Position numbers and translations under genes: made by a program
In this document: positions 8,567-16,401 of the stretch, piece after piece
Numbering within the stretch: position 1 is the first letter of the stretch
How the letters are laid out: every line of letters starts with the position of its first letter
Notes under the pieces: generated by a model
Told to the model about the DNA's origin: nothing
Seen by the model: the letters and a program-made list of their open reading frames with translations, nothing else
Database searches by the model: none
From: Acidobacteriota bacterium
GTDB taxonomy: Bacteria > Acidobacteriota > Terriglobia > 20CM-2-55-15
DNA length: 48,025 nucleotides
Direction: 5' to 3'
Assembly (NCBI GenBank): GCA_023265365.1
Contig: JAHFTY010000005.1
Coordinates: forward strand, 872 to 48,896

Positions 8567-8866
8567 GAGCGCCACCCCTCGTTGAGGAGTGGCCGTCCCA
8601 ATGAAGCGAAATCGAGGAAAAGCGTTTTTCCCTCCTCGACGAGGAGGGGTGGCGCGAAGCGCCGGGGTGGTGCTTTCAAGAAATGGATTCTGTTGAACGA
8701 ACCGCCCCGCCGCTCCGCGGCACCCCGCCTGGCCAAGGCGGGGGAAAGTCCTCGTCCTGCGACTCCATGGCTTCATGTAATAACAGACCGCATCGCCCAA
8801 CGTTTTTTCTCGCTTAGGGAAACGCGAAGCGCCGGGGTGGTGTTTTCAAGAAATCTTCCTCGACGA
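8567..8866. repeat. Mosaic intergenic repeat, reference copy
   Basis: Complete T-H1-H2-L-E unit at 8596-8821, with partial modules on both sides. T is 8595-8629, H1 is 8630-8649 (ccctcctcgacgaggagggg), H2 is 8650-8672 (tggcgcgaagcgccggggtggtg), L is 8673-8780 and E is 8781-8821. A second H2 sits at 8822-8842. It fills the gap between two convergent stops. Confidence 0.85.
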
Positions 8867-8867
8867 C

Positions 8868-9683
8868 CTACATCTCCGTGCGTGCCGCCCAGAGGACGGG
8901 GAAGAATCGTTTGCTGAGAGTTGACGAGAGATAATCGACGCCCATGGTTCCGAGCGGCCCGCTTTTTCCGTAGGCCTGTTCGGCCATTTTCTGACCGGTC
9001 CCCGGTTTCCCTCCGATCATCCGCTGCGCCATCCGGACATGGTGTTCCCGCCAGAGCGAAAACATCTCATCGTATTCAATGAGCGCTTCGCAGAGCATTC
9101 GCAAGTCGTGGTCGCCGCGACGCCGATAGATTCCAACGACGGCGGCGATCTGGCTGCGCTCATCGTGGACGTCGATTCCACGGCTCTCCAGAACCTTCAT
9201 GAATCGATCCCACATGGATGGTTCGTCCAGCCTCTTCTGAAGCCGGGCGGTGGCCTCGGGGTCTCCTTTGAACATGCCCAGGTATCGCGGCTCCTTCAGG
9301 CCGGAAGCGAACTCGACTTCACGGAACTGATACGACTGGAAGCCGCTTGCGGGTTTCAGCAGATCGCGGAATTTGATGAAATCGGAGGGGATCATCGTTT
9401 CGAGCACGCTGAGTTTCGGGATGAACAGGCGAACGATCGAGGTGAGGCGCCGGATAAGGCGCTCGCTTTCGAGCGTGTCGCCCTGGTCGAGCAGCTCGAA
9501 AACCCGGTCGACTTCATGGATCATCAGCCGGAACCAGAGCTCGAAGACCTGATGGATGACGATGAAAAGCATTTCGTCGTGACAGCCGGGTTCCGCCAGA
9601 GGGCGCTGCAGCCCGAGAAGTTCAACGAGCTTCAGATAGCTGTTGTAATCCAGATCCGGTGGGGTATTTTGTTCGCTCGCCAT
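8868..9683 (-). CDS. kynA: Tryptophan 2,3-dioxygenase
   Basis: LDYNSYLKLVELLGLQRP...HDEMLFIVIHQVFELWF...GTGGSSG-like tail (GKPGTGQ). Length and motifs are typical of bacterial TDO. Confidence 0.9.
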   Translation of the reverse strand: MASEQNTPPDLDYNSYLKLVELLGLQRPLAEPGCHDEMLFIVIHQVFELWFRLMIHEVDRVFELLDQGDTLESERLIRRLTSIVRLFIPKLSVLETMIPSDFIKFRDLLKPASGFQSYQFREVEFASGLKEPRYLGMFKGDPEATARLQKRLDEPSMWDRFMKVLESRGIDVHDERSQIAAVVGIYRRRGDHDLRMLCEALIEYDEMFSLWREHHVRMAQRMIGGKPGTGQKMAEQAYGKSGPLGTMGVDYLSSTLSKRFFPVLWAARTEM

Positions 9684-9691
9684 GTCGTTTC

Positions 9692-9697
9692 AGTATA
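9692..9697 (-). promoter_or_regulatory. Candidate -10 hexamer TATACT, 8 nt upstream of the kynA ATG
   Basis: Minus strand reads gcTATACTgaaacgacATG, with no Shine-Dalgarno sequence. Confidence 0.35.
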
Positions 9698-9714
9698 GCG
9701 AATGAGGAGGTTCC

Positions 9715-10773
9715 ATGCCGCGACGGTCCAAACTGCTGCTCGTCATTGTAATGGCTGCCGGAATACTCGTTGCCGCCACCGCCCAGATACGAAAGCCGGC
9801 GGGCGTTCTTCAGAAAACGAGAGCCTACCGCTTCAACAAAATCCGGGATGACGTCTACCACGCCGTCGGCACCGGCGCGCTGACGGTCGGAGCGAACTCG
9901 GCCATCATTATTAATGAAAACGACGTCACGATCGTGGACACGCATATCTCTCCCGCTGCGGCGTGGGTTCTGCTGGATGAGCTGAAGGGGATCACCACGA
10001 AACCGGTGCGGCACGTCATCGTCACCCACTTTCACTACGATCACGCCCACGGGACGCAGGTGTTCGGCAAGGACGTGGAGGTGATCGGTCATGAGTTCAC
10101 ACGCGACATGCTGCTGCACGATGCGGAAGGAAAACTGTTCAAGTCGTACGTCGCGGGGTTGCCCGCCTCCATTGAAACGCTGAAAGGCCGCCAGGCCGCG
10201 GAAACCGACCCTGCCCGGAAGACTCAACTCGACGCGCAGTTGGAATCCGCAGAAGCCAATCGCGCGGCGCAGGCCGAAGTGCAGGCTGTACCTCCCACGG
10301 TCACGATCAAGGACAAGATGACGCTTTATCGCGGCAACCGCGAAATCCAGCTTCTCTATCTCGGTCACGGTCACACGGGCGGCGATGTGGTGGTGTATTT
10401 ACCGAAGGAGCGGATTCTCTGCACCGGCGACCTGATGACCAACGGGACCTCCAACATGATCGACGGTTTTGCCGACGAGTGGGTGAATACGCTCGAGTCG
10501 CTCAAGAAACTCGACTTCGACTCCGTGCTGCCGGGCCATGGCGAAGCATTCACCGGCAAGGAGAAGATCACGGCTTACCAGACCTACCTTCGCGACATCT
10601 GGATTCAGGTGGGGCAGTTCAAGAAACAGGGCCTTTCCGCCGAAGACGCCGCGAAGAAAGTCGACATGACGGCGCACAAGGCTGCGTTTCCCACCATCAC
10701 CGCGGCCGGCGTGAATCCGCAGTGGGTGGCGCGCATGTATGAGGTGATGGACTTGCCGAAAGGGTCGCGTTGA
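9715..10773 (+). CDS. Exported MBL-fold metallo-hydrolase
   Basis: GAGGAGG Shine-Dalgarno sequence, signal peptide, VTHFHYDHAHG metal-binding motif and a later HGHTGGD. Confidence 0.85.
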   Translation: MPRRSKLLLVIVMAAGILVAATAQIRKPAGVLQKTRAYRFNKIRDDVYHAVGTGALTVGANSAIIINENDVTIVDTHISPAAAWVLLDELKGITTKPVRHVIVTHFHYDHAHGTQVFGKDVEVIGHEFTRDMLLHDAEGKLFKSYVAGLPASIETLKGRQAAETDPARKTQLDAQLESAEANRAAQAEVQAVPPTVTIKDKMTLYRGNREIQLLYLGHGHTGGDVVVYLPKERILCTGDLMTNGTSNMIDGFADEWVNTLESLKKLDFDSVLPGHGEAFTGKEKITAYQTYLRDIWIQVGQFKKQGLSAEDAAKKVDMTAHKAAFPTITAAGVNPQWVARMYEVMDLPKGSR

Positions 10774-10808
10774 CCATGTTAAGATTTCGCGTTTTGGAGG
10801 GAGCTCGA

Positions 10809-11978
10809 ATGAAGTGCATAACGTTAGTTCTGGGTCTGGCCTTGTTGTCCGCCTGCAGTCAAGCGACCGACCAGCCGGCCGCCCCCGCCCAACCCGCTCC
10901 GGCGGCTCAGCCCGCATCGACGCCGTCGTCCATTCCGGGTTACGACATCGTCACGGTCGGCGCCGGCGGTGCGATTTCCGGAACGATTACGGTCTCGGGA
11001 ACCATTCCAAAGCTGCCGAAACGAAATCTGAACAAAGATCCGAAAGTGTGCGGAACCGCTCCCCGCGAGTCCCAGCAGCTCCTCGTTTCCCCAACCGGCG
11101 GCCTTCAAAATGCGATCGTCATTGTCGAAGACGTGAAAAAAGGGAAGCCCATTCCTGCCGCCCTCTTGAGCGCGGAAATCGATCAGAAGAACTGCGAATA
11201 CACGCCCCATGTCACGGTCGTTCCGGCCGGCGCCGAGATCGCCGTGAAGAACAGCGATCCGATACTGCACAACATTCATTTCTACCAGAACGATGAAAGC
11301 CTCTTTAACATCGCGCAGGCCAACCCGAACCAGGTCGATAAGCACACACTCGACAAGGCCGGCATGGTCTACGCGGAGTGCGACGTCCACGGGTGGATGC
11401 AGGGTCATGTGGCGGTCGTCAACAATCCGTACTTTGCCATCACCGACGCCGACGGCAAGTTCTCCATCGCCGACCTCGAGGCAGGAACGTACAAGGTGAA
11501 GATCTGGCATGAATACCTCGGCGAGAAGACGCAGGACGTGGCGGTGAGCGCCAAAGGGAATGCGGCATTGGATCTGGACCTGAAGGATCTTCTTGCGGCA
11601 AAGAAGCCCGCCGTAGAAAAACCGGTCACGGCGGCGCCTGCCGACAGGAAGGCCTCCGGTGGCGCCGAAGTCGTGGTCAAGATGATCACCGAGGGAGGGT
11701 CCTACCGTTTCGAACCGGCAAACCTGACCGTGAAAGCCGGAACCACCGTGAAGTGGGTGAACGATTCGGAGAACCGGCACACCGCGACCGACGATCCGAA
11801 GTTCGAAAAGAAACAGGGCCAGGCCATCCTGCCCGCCGGTGTCGAAGCCTGGGGCTCTCCGTTCCTGACCGGTGGCGAGACGTTTTCAATGACCTATACG
11901 GTGCCGGGGAAATATCAGTACTTCTGCCGCAATCACGGCCAGTTTGGAATGGAAGGTACCATCACAGTCACTCCTTGA
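10809..11978 (+). CDS. Lipoprotein with two cupredoxin (type-1 copper) domains and a carboxypeptidase-regulatory-like insert
   Basis: GGAGGG Shine-Dalgarno sequence and lipobox LLSAC. First site is HNIH...C-DV-H-GW-M. Second site is H...FCRNHGQFGM (C-x2-H-x4-M, plastocyanin/amicyanin-like). A FAITDADGKFSIADLEAGTYKVKIW beta-sandwich lies between them. Confidence 0.8.
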   Translation: MKCITLVLGLALLSACSQATDQPAAPAQPAPAAQPASTPSSIPGYDIVTVGAGGAISGTITVSGTIPKLPKRNLNKDPKVCGTAPRESQQLLVSPTGGLQNAIVIVEDVKKGKPIPAALLSAEIDQKNCEYTPHVTVVPAGAEIAVKNSDPILHNIHFYQNDESLFNIAQANPNQVDKHTLDKAGMVYAECDVHGWMQGHVAVVNNPYFAITDADGKFSIADLEAGTYKVKIWHEYLGEKTQDVAVSAKGNAALDLDLKDLLAAKKPAVEKPVTAAPADRKASGGAEVVVKMITEGGSYRFEPANLTVKAGTTVKWVNDSENRHTATDDPKFEKKQGQAILPAGVEAWGSPFLTGGETFSMTYTVPGKYQYFCRNHGQFGMEGTITVTP

Positions 11979-11992
11979 AAACCGCCCCATCT

Positions 11993-12075
11993 GCGCCACC
12001 CCTCCTCGTCGAGGAGGGGAAAACGCTTTTCCTCGATTTCGCGTCATTGGGACAGCAGCGCCTCAACGAGGAGAC
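11993..12075. repeat. Mosaic repeat, short reversed copy (part of H2, then H1 and T)
   Basis: gcgccacccctcctcgtcgaggaggggaaaacgcttttcctcgatttcgcgtcattgggacagcagcgcctcaacgaggag. Lies between convergent stops. Confidence 0.8.
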
Positions 12076-12080
12076 ATCCT

Positions 12081-12626
12081 TTACGGTTTTTTGGGCGGTG
12101 TCGCGGTCTTGGTGATTTCCGCGTCGATCCTCTTGATGATTTCGTCCGTCACGTCCGCCTGAGGATTCACGAAAAGCACCGATGTGTTCTGTGGATTCGA
12201 GGTGTCGACGATGAGTGCGAAGTTGCCCTCGGCCGCGAACTTGTTCAGCACGGTTTCGGCAATGGTGGCGATGGGGCGCATCAGTTCAGCGCGCAGCGCG
12301 TCGAGATCCTTCTGAGCGTCTTCCTGAATCCGCGTCAGTTCGGTCTGCCGCCGGTCGATGTCCTTGGACAATTCGAGCTTCTTGTCTTCGGCGAGCACAC
12401 GCTCCTGCGTCTTGAGTTTGTTTTGCGCGGTCTCGAGTTCCTTTTGTCTGGTTTCGATCGATTTTCGAAGGTCCTCGAATTTGGCCGTGAACGCGGCCTC
12501 CGCCTTCTTGCCTTCGATGGACTGGACGATCGCCCGCTCCATATCGACGACGCCGATTTTCGGTGCCTGTGCCATGAGTGGCGTTGCAGCCAGCGCCGAC
12601 GCCAGCAGCAGAACTATTCGCTTCAT
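12081..12626 (-). CDS. skp: OmpH/Skp family periplasmic chaperone
   Basis: Signal peptide, then KIGVVDMERAI and a long charged coiled-coil (KELETAQNKLKTQERVL...). Ends with NFALIVDTSN. Confidence 0.85.
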   Translation of the reverse strand: MKRIVLLLASALAATPLMAQAPKIGVVDMERAIVQSIEGKKAEAAFTAKFEDLRKSIETRQKELETAQNKLKTQERVLAEDKKLELSKDIDRRQTELTRIQEDAQKDLDALRAELMRPIATIAETVLNKFAAEGNFALIVDTSNPQNTSVLFVNPQADVTDEIIKRIDAEITKTATPPKKP

Positions 12627-12742
12627 ATCCACCTCGTGCAATTCCGGATCTTGAATGACAGCCACCTATTGTAAGTTAGACGCGTGCCGATGACCTATCT
12701 CAAGCTCCGCCGCGAATCCGCCTGCATCGCGCGGAAGCAGGA

Positions 12743-14185
12743 TCACAACGTAAAGCCGCCCGCCTTTTCGAAGTAATGCGCCAGGCGGAGCAGCAGGCCT
12801 TCCTGAAAGTGATTGGCCAGAAGCTGCATTCCGACGGGCAGACCCGTGGAATTCCAGCCGCAGGGAACGGAAATGCCGGGCAGTCCGGCCAGATTGCAAG
12901 TGATGGTGAAGACATCCGACAGATACATTTCGAGCGGGTCGGCTGTTTTTTCGCCGATGCGGAACGCGGTTGTCGGCGTGGTCGGTGTGAGAATCGCATC
13001 CACGCCTTCGAAAGCTTTCTGGAAGTCCCGAAGCACAAGTGTCCGGACCTTGAGCGCCCTGTTGTAATACGCGTCGTAATAGCCTGCGCTCAGCGCGTAA
13101 GTTCCGAGAAGGATCCGCCGCCGGACCTCGGTTCCGAAACCGGACATTCGGGTGCGCCGGTACATTTCGCCAGGATTCCTGCCGGTTTCGGAGAGGCCGT
13201 AGCGGACGCCGTCGTATCGCGCGAGGTTCGAGCTGGCCTCCGCCGCCGCGATGATGTAGTAGGTGGCGATGGCGTATTCGGTGTGAGGCAGGCTGATCTC
13301 CTCGATCGCGCAGCCCAGGCCTTCAAAGAGTCCGATGGCGGACTCGATCTTTCGCCGCACTTCGGGGTCGAGGTTCCCCGCGAAGTATTCCTTTGGGATT
13401 CCGATTCGTGTTTCCTTTATCGGCCGGTCGAGCCCTCGAACGTAGTCGCCAATGCGGGCGCCGGAAGAAGTGGAATCGTAATGGTCGAGGCCGGAAATGA
13501 CTGCGAGCGCCATTGCCGCCTCGCGAACGGACTTCGACAACGGTCCGATCTGGTCCATTGAAGATGCGAACGCGACAAGGCCATACCGCGACACACGGCC
13601 GTAGGTCGGCTTCAGGCCGACGACGCCGCAGAATGAAGCGGGCTGGCGGATCGACCCGCCGGTGTCCGACCCCAGCGCCGCGAGCGACATTCCGGATGCC
13701 ACGCTGGCCGCGGATCCACCGCTGGATCCGCCGGGCACGCGGTCGAGGTCGTGGGGATTCCGCGTGACGAAAAAAGCCGAGTTCTCGGTCGATGACCCCA
13801 TTCCGAACTCGTCAAGATTGGTCTTGCCGACAACGATCGCACCGGCGCCGCGAAGCCTTTCCACGGCAGTGGCGGTGTAAGGCGCGACGTCGCTTTCGAG
13901 CATGCGCGAACCGCAGGTGGTCGCGACATCGCGAATCGAAATGTTGTCTTTGACGGCCACGGGCACGCCGGCAAACGGCTCGATCGTGTCCCCCGAAGCG
14001 ATGCGGGCATCGAGCGATCGCGCATCCTTGAGAGCGCGGTCCCGCATCAGCGTGATGAAGGCGCGCACATTCGGATCAATCCGTTCGATGTCGTCGAAGA
14101 GGCCGGAAATGACCTCAGTGACCGAGAGGTCGCGATTGCGATACAGGGCCACGAGCTTTTCGGCGGTAATGCCCTTGAGGTTCAT
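12743..14185 (-). CDS. gatA: Glu-tRNA(Gln)/Asp-tRNA(Asn) amidotransferase subunit A
   Basis: Amidase signature GGSSGGSAASVA, KDNI and a full-length 480 aa. The start overlaps the gatC stop (ATGA). Confidence 0.95.
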   Translation of the reverse strand: MNLKGITAEKLVALYRNRDLSVTEVISGLFDDIERIDPNVRAFITLMRDRALKDARSLDARIASGDTIEPFAGVPVAVKDNISIRDVATTCGSRMLESDVAPYTATAVERLRGAGAIVVGKTNLDEFGMGSSTENSAFFVTRNPHDLDRVPGGSSGGSAASVASGMSLAALGSDTGGSIRQPASFCGVVGLKPTYGRVSRYGLVAFASSMDQIGPLSKSVREAAMALAVISGLDHYDSTSSGARIGDYVRGLDRPIKETRIGIPKEYFAGNLDPEVRRKIESAIGLFEGLGCAIEEISLPHTEYAIATYYIIAAAEASSNLARYDGVRYGLSETGRNPGEMYRRTRMSGFGTEVRRRILLGTYALSAGYYDAYYNRALKVRTLVLRDFQKAFEGVDAILTPTTPTTAFRIGEKTADPLEMYLSDVFTITCNLAGLPGISVPCGWNSTGLPVGMQLLANHFQEGLLLRLAHYFEKAGGFTL

Positions 14186-14463
14186 CGCTCCGTGATGACT
14201 TTGGGAACCCGGAAGAGCCCGACCGTTTTACCGGCTTCCGAACTTCCCGTGCGGGCGGCCACCCGGTCGTCCCGGAGAACGTTCTTGCCGCCGGCAACCA
14301 CCGGCGGCGCCGGGCCAATGTCACTCACGTCGAGCCGGTTCAGCTGTTCGACATAGTCCAGGATGCGGCTAAGCTGACCGGCCAGTTCCTTCTTCCCGTC
14401 ATCCCCAACTTCCAGACCGGCCAGGCCGGCCACATACTCCATGTCACTTTCCGTAATTCTCAT
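14182..14463 (-). CDS. gatC: Amidotransferase subunit C
   Basis: MRITESDMEYVAGLAGLEV...ILDYVEQLNRLDV. 93 aa, coupled to gatA. Confidence 0.9.
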   Translation of the reverse strand: MRITESDMEYVAGLAGLEVGDDGKKELAGQLSRILDYVEQLNRLDVSDIGPAPPVVAGGKNVLRDDRVAARTGSSEAGKTVGLFRVPKVITER

Positions 14464-14746
14464 GAGTGAACGCGATCCCCGTAATAAAAGGCGACGGCCA
14501 CGGCTCATTGAGCTTCTTGAGAATCTCGCCTTTCATCCTGAGAAGCTGTCTCCGCCAGATCAGATCGGGCACATTGATGACCACGACCGATCCCTGCAAC
14601 GAAACGATCTTCGTCGCGGCCGCCAGGTCCGCGCCGGCGAGCGCCGGCCAGAGTTTCTGGAGCAGTTGCAGGTCGAGTTGCGCGTCCCAGTTGGGCGATT
14701 GCCGAAAAGTTGCGATCATGCGGCGGAAAGCCGGATCAAGAGCCAT
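14444..14746 (-). CDS. DUF721 (DciA-like) protein
   Basis: LWPALAGADLAAATKIVSLQGSVVVINVPDLIWRRQLLRMKGEILKKLN fits the DUF721 pattern. Overlaps the gatC start by 20 nt. Confidence 0.7.
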   Translation of the reverse strand: MALDPAFRRMIATFRQSPNWDAQLDLQLLQKLWPALAGADLAAATKIVSLQGSVVVINVPDLIWRRQLLRMKGEILKKLNEPWPSPFITGIAFTHENYGK

Positions 14747-14755
14747 AGGGCACCC

Positions 14756-14761
14756 AGTATA
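14756..14761 (-). promoter_or_regulatory. Candidate -10 hexamer TATACT, 9 nt upstream of the DUF721 ATG
   Basis: Minus strand reads caaTATACTgggtgccctATG, with no Shine-Dalgarno sequence. Confidence 0.35.
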
Positions 14762-14795
14762 TTGAAAAAAGAACCGCGCAACCTCCTCGTTGAGG

Positions 14796-16082
14796 TCAGA
14801 AACTGTAGCGAAGGATCAGCGTCGCATGGGAGTTGTGGCGATACTGTCCCAGGAAGTCGGTGGGCTTGCCGAAAATCACGCTGAAGTTCGCCGTCGCCCG
14901 CCAGTGCTGACCAAGCGTTTGGGAGTATTCCGCGCGGGTCCAGGCGCCATCGAGGTTCTGCCTGACGCTGGCATCGAAAGCAATGCTGCGGTTGGCGTCG
15001 ATCGTCAGGCGGGCCGTGCCGAGAAACGTTTTCGTGAAGCCGCGGTCGGGAGCAAACGTTCCGTCCTGAGTGCCTGTTCTCGTCAGGGCTTCGCCGGCGT
15101 AACCGCTGACGAACGTCCACTCACCGGAGTGTCGTTCGAGTTGAAGAACATACTGCGCGTATTCATCGGCGCGTGGGTCTTTGGAGGAGAAGTAAGCCGT
15201 CTCCCCTTTCAGGCTGAACCAGTGGAGGGGGAAGGCCAAATCCGCACCAAGCATCCGCATCTTCGGATAGAACCTCTGCAGCTCAATGACGAGCAATGAG
15301 GATGGGGGTGTGAACGGAGGCGAGAAAGTCTGAGGCGGCGGACTCGCCGATGGCCGATCGACGAACGTTGCATGCTCTGCCAACGAAGGCAGATGGTTGA
15401 AGCCTTCATAAAAGGAGCCGGAGAATTCCACCAGTCCGATATGGTTCCATCGGAATCCCGTCTGCGGGCCTCCCGGAAAGCGGGCCCCTCCGTCTCTGAA
15501 GACAACGAATTGAGGAGTGTTGGCCGGAAGGACCACCCATCGCTGATCCTGCAGCGGCAGCCGGCTGGGCGTGAACCGTGGCGACAGGACCGCTTCGACG
15601 GTGTCCGCTCCTCTTTCATAGCTGAGGCGCGCTGCAGTGATGCCGAGAAAGTCATTGTCGAGGACGGTGAGGAAGTCGCGCGGCGCGAATCGATCCGTCG
15701 GATTGAGAAGGTCGGCCTTGCCCCAGCGGATGAACTGCTTTCCGGCTTCGATCGTCAGTCCGCCCGTGTGGTAAGTCGCACTCAGGCGGCGGACGGATAG
15801 CATCGGGCGCCTCTGCTCACGATCCCACCAGGACGCGTCGAACCTCCGTTCCACCTGGCGATGGGTGTCGGTTCGAAGGTCCAGCGCGCCGCTCACCTGA
15901 AGCTTCGAGGAAGGCTTGTAAAAACCTTCGTAACGCAGAAGAGCTTCGCCCACGGTATGCGCGCGATCTGCCGGCGTCGTTTCCGGATAACCGGTCGCCC
16001 GCGTCTCGACGAAACCGCGCTGTGTGTAGTTCTGTCCGAAACCCGAGGTGACGCGGGCGAAGAAAAACACGATGGACAACAT
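14796..16082 (-). CDS. Outer-membrane beta-barrel protein (DUF1302-like by eye)
   Basis: Alternating beta-strand pattern and terminal ...LILRYSF. GKQFIRWGKADLLNPTD motif. I placed the start at MLSIVFFFARV because everything upstream in the 538-aa ORF is translated repeat DNA. The start is uncertain. Confidence 0.65.
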   Translation of the reverse strand: MLSIVFFFARVTSGFGQNYTQRGFVETRATGYPETTPADRAHTVGEALLRYEGFYKPSSKLQVSGALDLRTDTHRQVERRFDASWWDREQRRPMLSVRRLSATYHTGGLTIEAGKQFIRWGKADLLNPTDRFAPRDFLTVLDNDFLGITAARLSYERGADTVEAVLSPRFTPSRLPLQDQRWVVLPANTPQFVVFRDGGARFPGGPQTGFRWNHIGLVEFSGSFYEGFNHLPSLAEHATFVDRPSASPPPQTFSPPFTPPSSLLVIELQRFYPKMRMLGADLAFPLHWFSLKGETAYFSSKDPRADEYAQYVLQLERHSGEWTFVSGYAGEALTRTGTQDGTFAPDRGFTKTFLGTARLTIDANRSIAFDASVRQNLDGAWTRAEYSQTLGQHWRATANFSVIFGKPTDFLGQYRHNSHATLILRYSF

Positions 16083-16095
16083 GCAAAACCCTAAG

Positions 16096-16369
16096 CCCCT
16101 CCCCGCGGTGAGGCACTGCTGTCCCAATGAACCGAAATCGAAGAGAAGCTGCGCGGCTTTACACACAAAGTCGCAGGCCGAAGAAATTTCCCCGCCTCGG
16201 CCAAGGCGGGGTGCCGCGAAGCGGCGGGGCGGTTCGTTCAACAAAGTCGATTTCCTGAACAACACCACCCCGGCGCTTCGCGCCATCCCTCCTCGCTGAG
16301 GAGGGGAAAACGCTTCTCCTCGATTTCGGTTCATTCGGAACAGCAATGCCTCGCCCGAGGAGGGAATTT
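16096..16369. mobile_element. MITE-like copy of the mosaic repeat with terminal inverted repeats
   Basis: Left end is ctgctgtcccaatgaaccgaaatcgaagagaagc (16117-16150). The reverse complement of the right end (16311-16344) is tgctgttccgaatgaaccgaaatcgaggagaagc, matching at 31 of 34 positions. Weaker symmetry extends to 16096 and 16369. The interior is L-H2-H1 in reverse orientation. Confidence 0.6.
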
Positions 16370-16401
16370 TGGACTCCACACCGACTTCTTGAAGCAAAGG
16401 T

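Noticed and set aside
8567-8866. Possible CRISPR array, given the many short GC-rich palindromic repeats
   Set aside because: The repeated units are not regularly spaced with unique spacers. They are different modules of one composite element, dispersed over 36 kb in both orientations. No cas genes are present.
8518-8917. Small ORFs translated across the repeat copies (peptides containing REAPGW, RSAGVV or NEPPRR). Others lie at 16083-16412, 23265-23656, 30079-30426, 37918-38326 and 40227-40418.
   Set aside because: They are translations of the mosaic repeat in various frames and on both strands. An ATG in the T module opens an MKRNRGKAF... frame, which I considered as a possible element-encoded peptide. 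It runs 31 codons in the 8.6-kb copy and longer in the 23.5- and 16.3-kb copies. It is absent (no T module) at 30.1 kb and shifted at 38.0 kb. The shared part differs mostly by non-synonymous changes.
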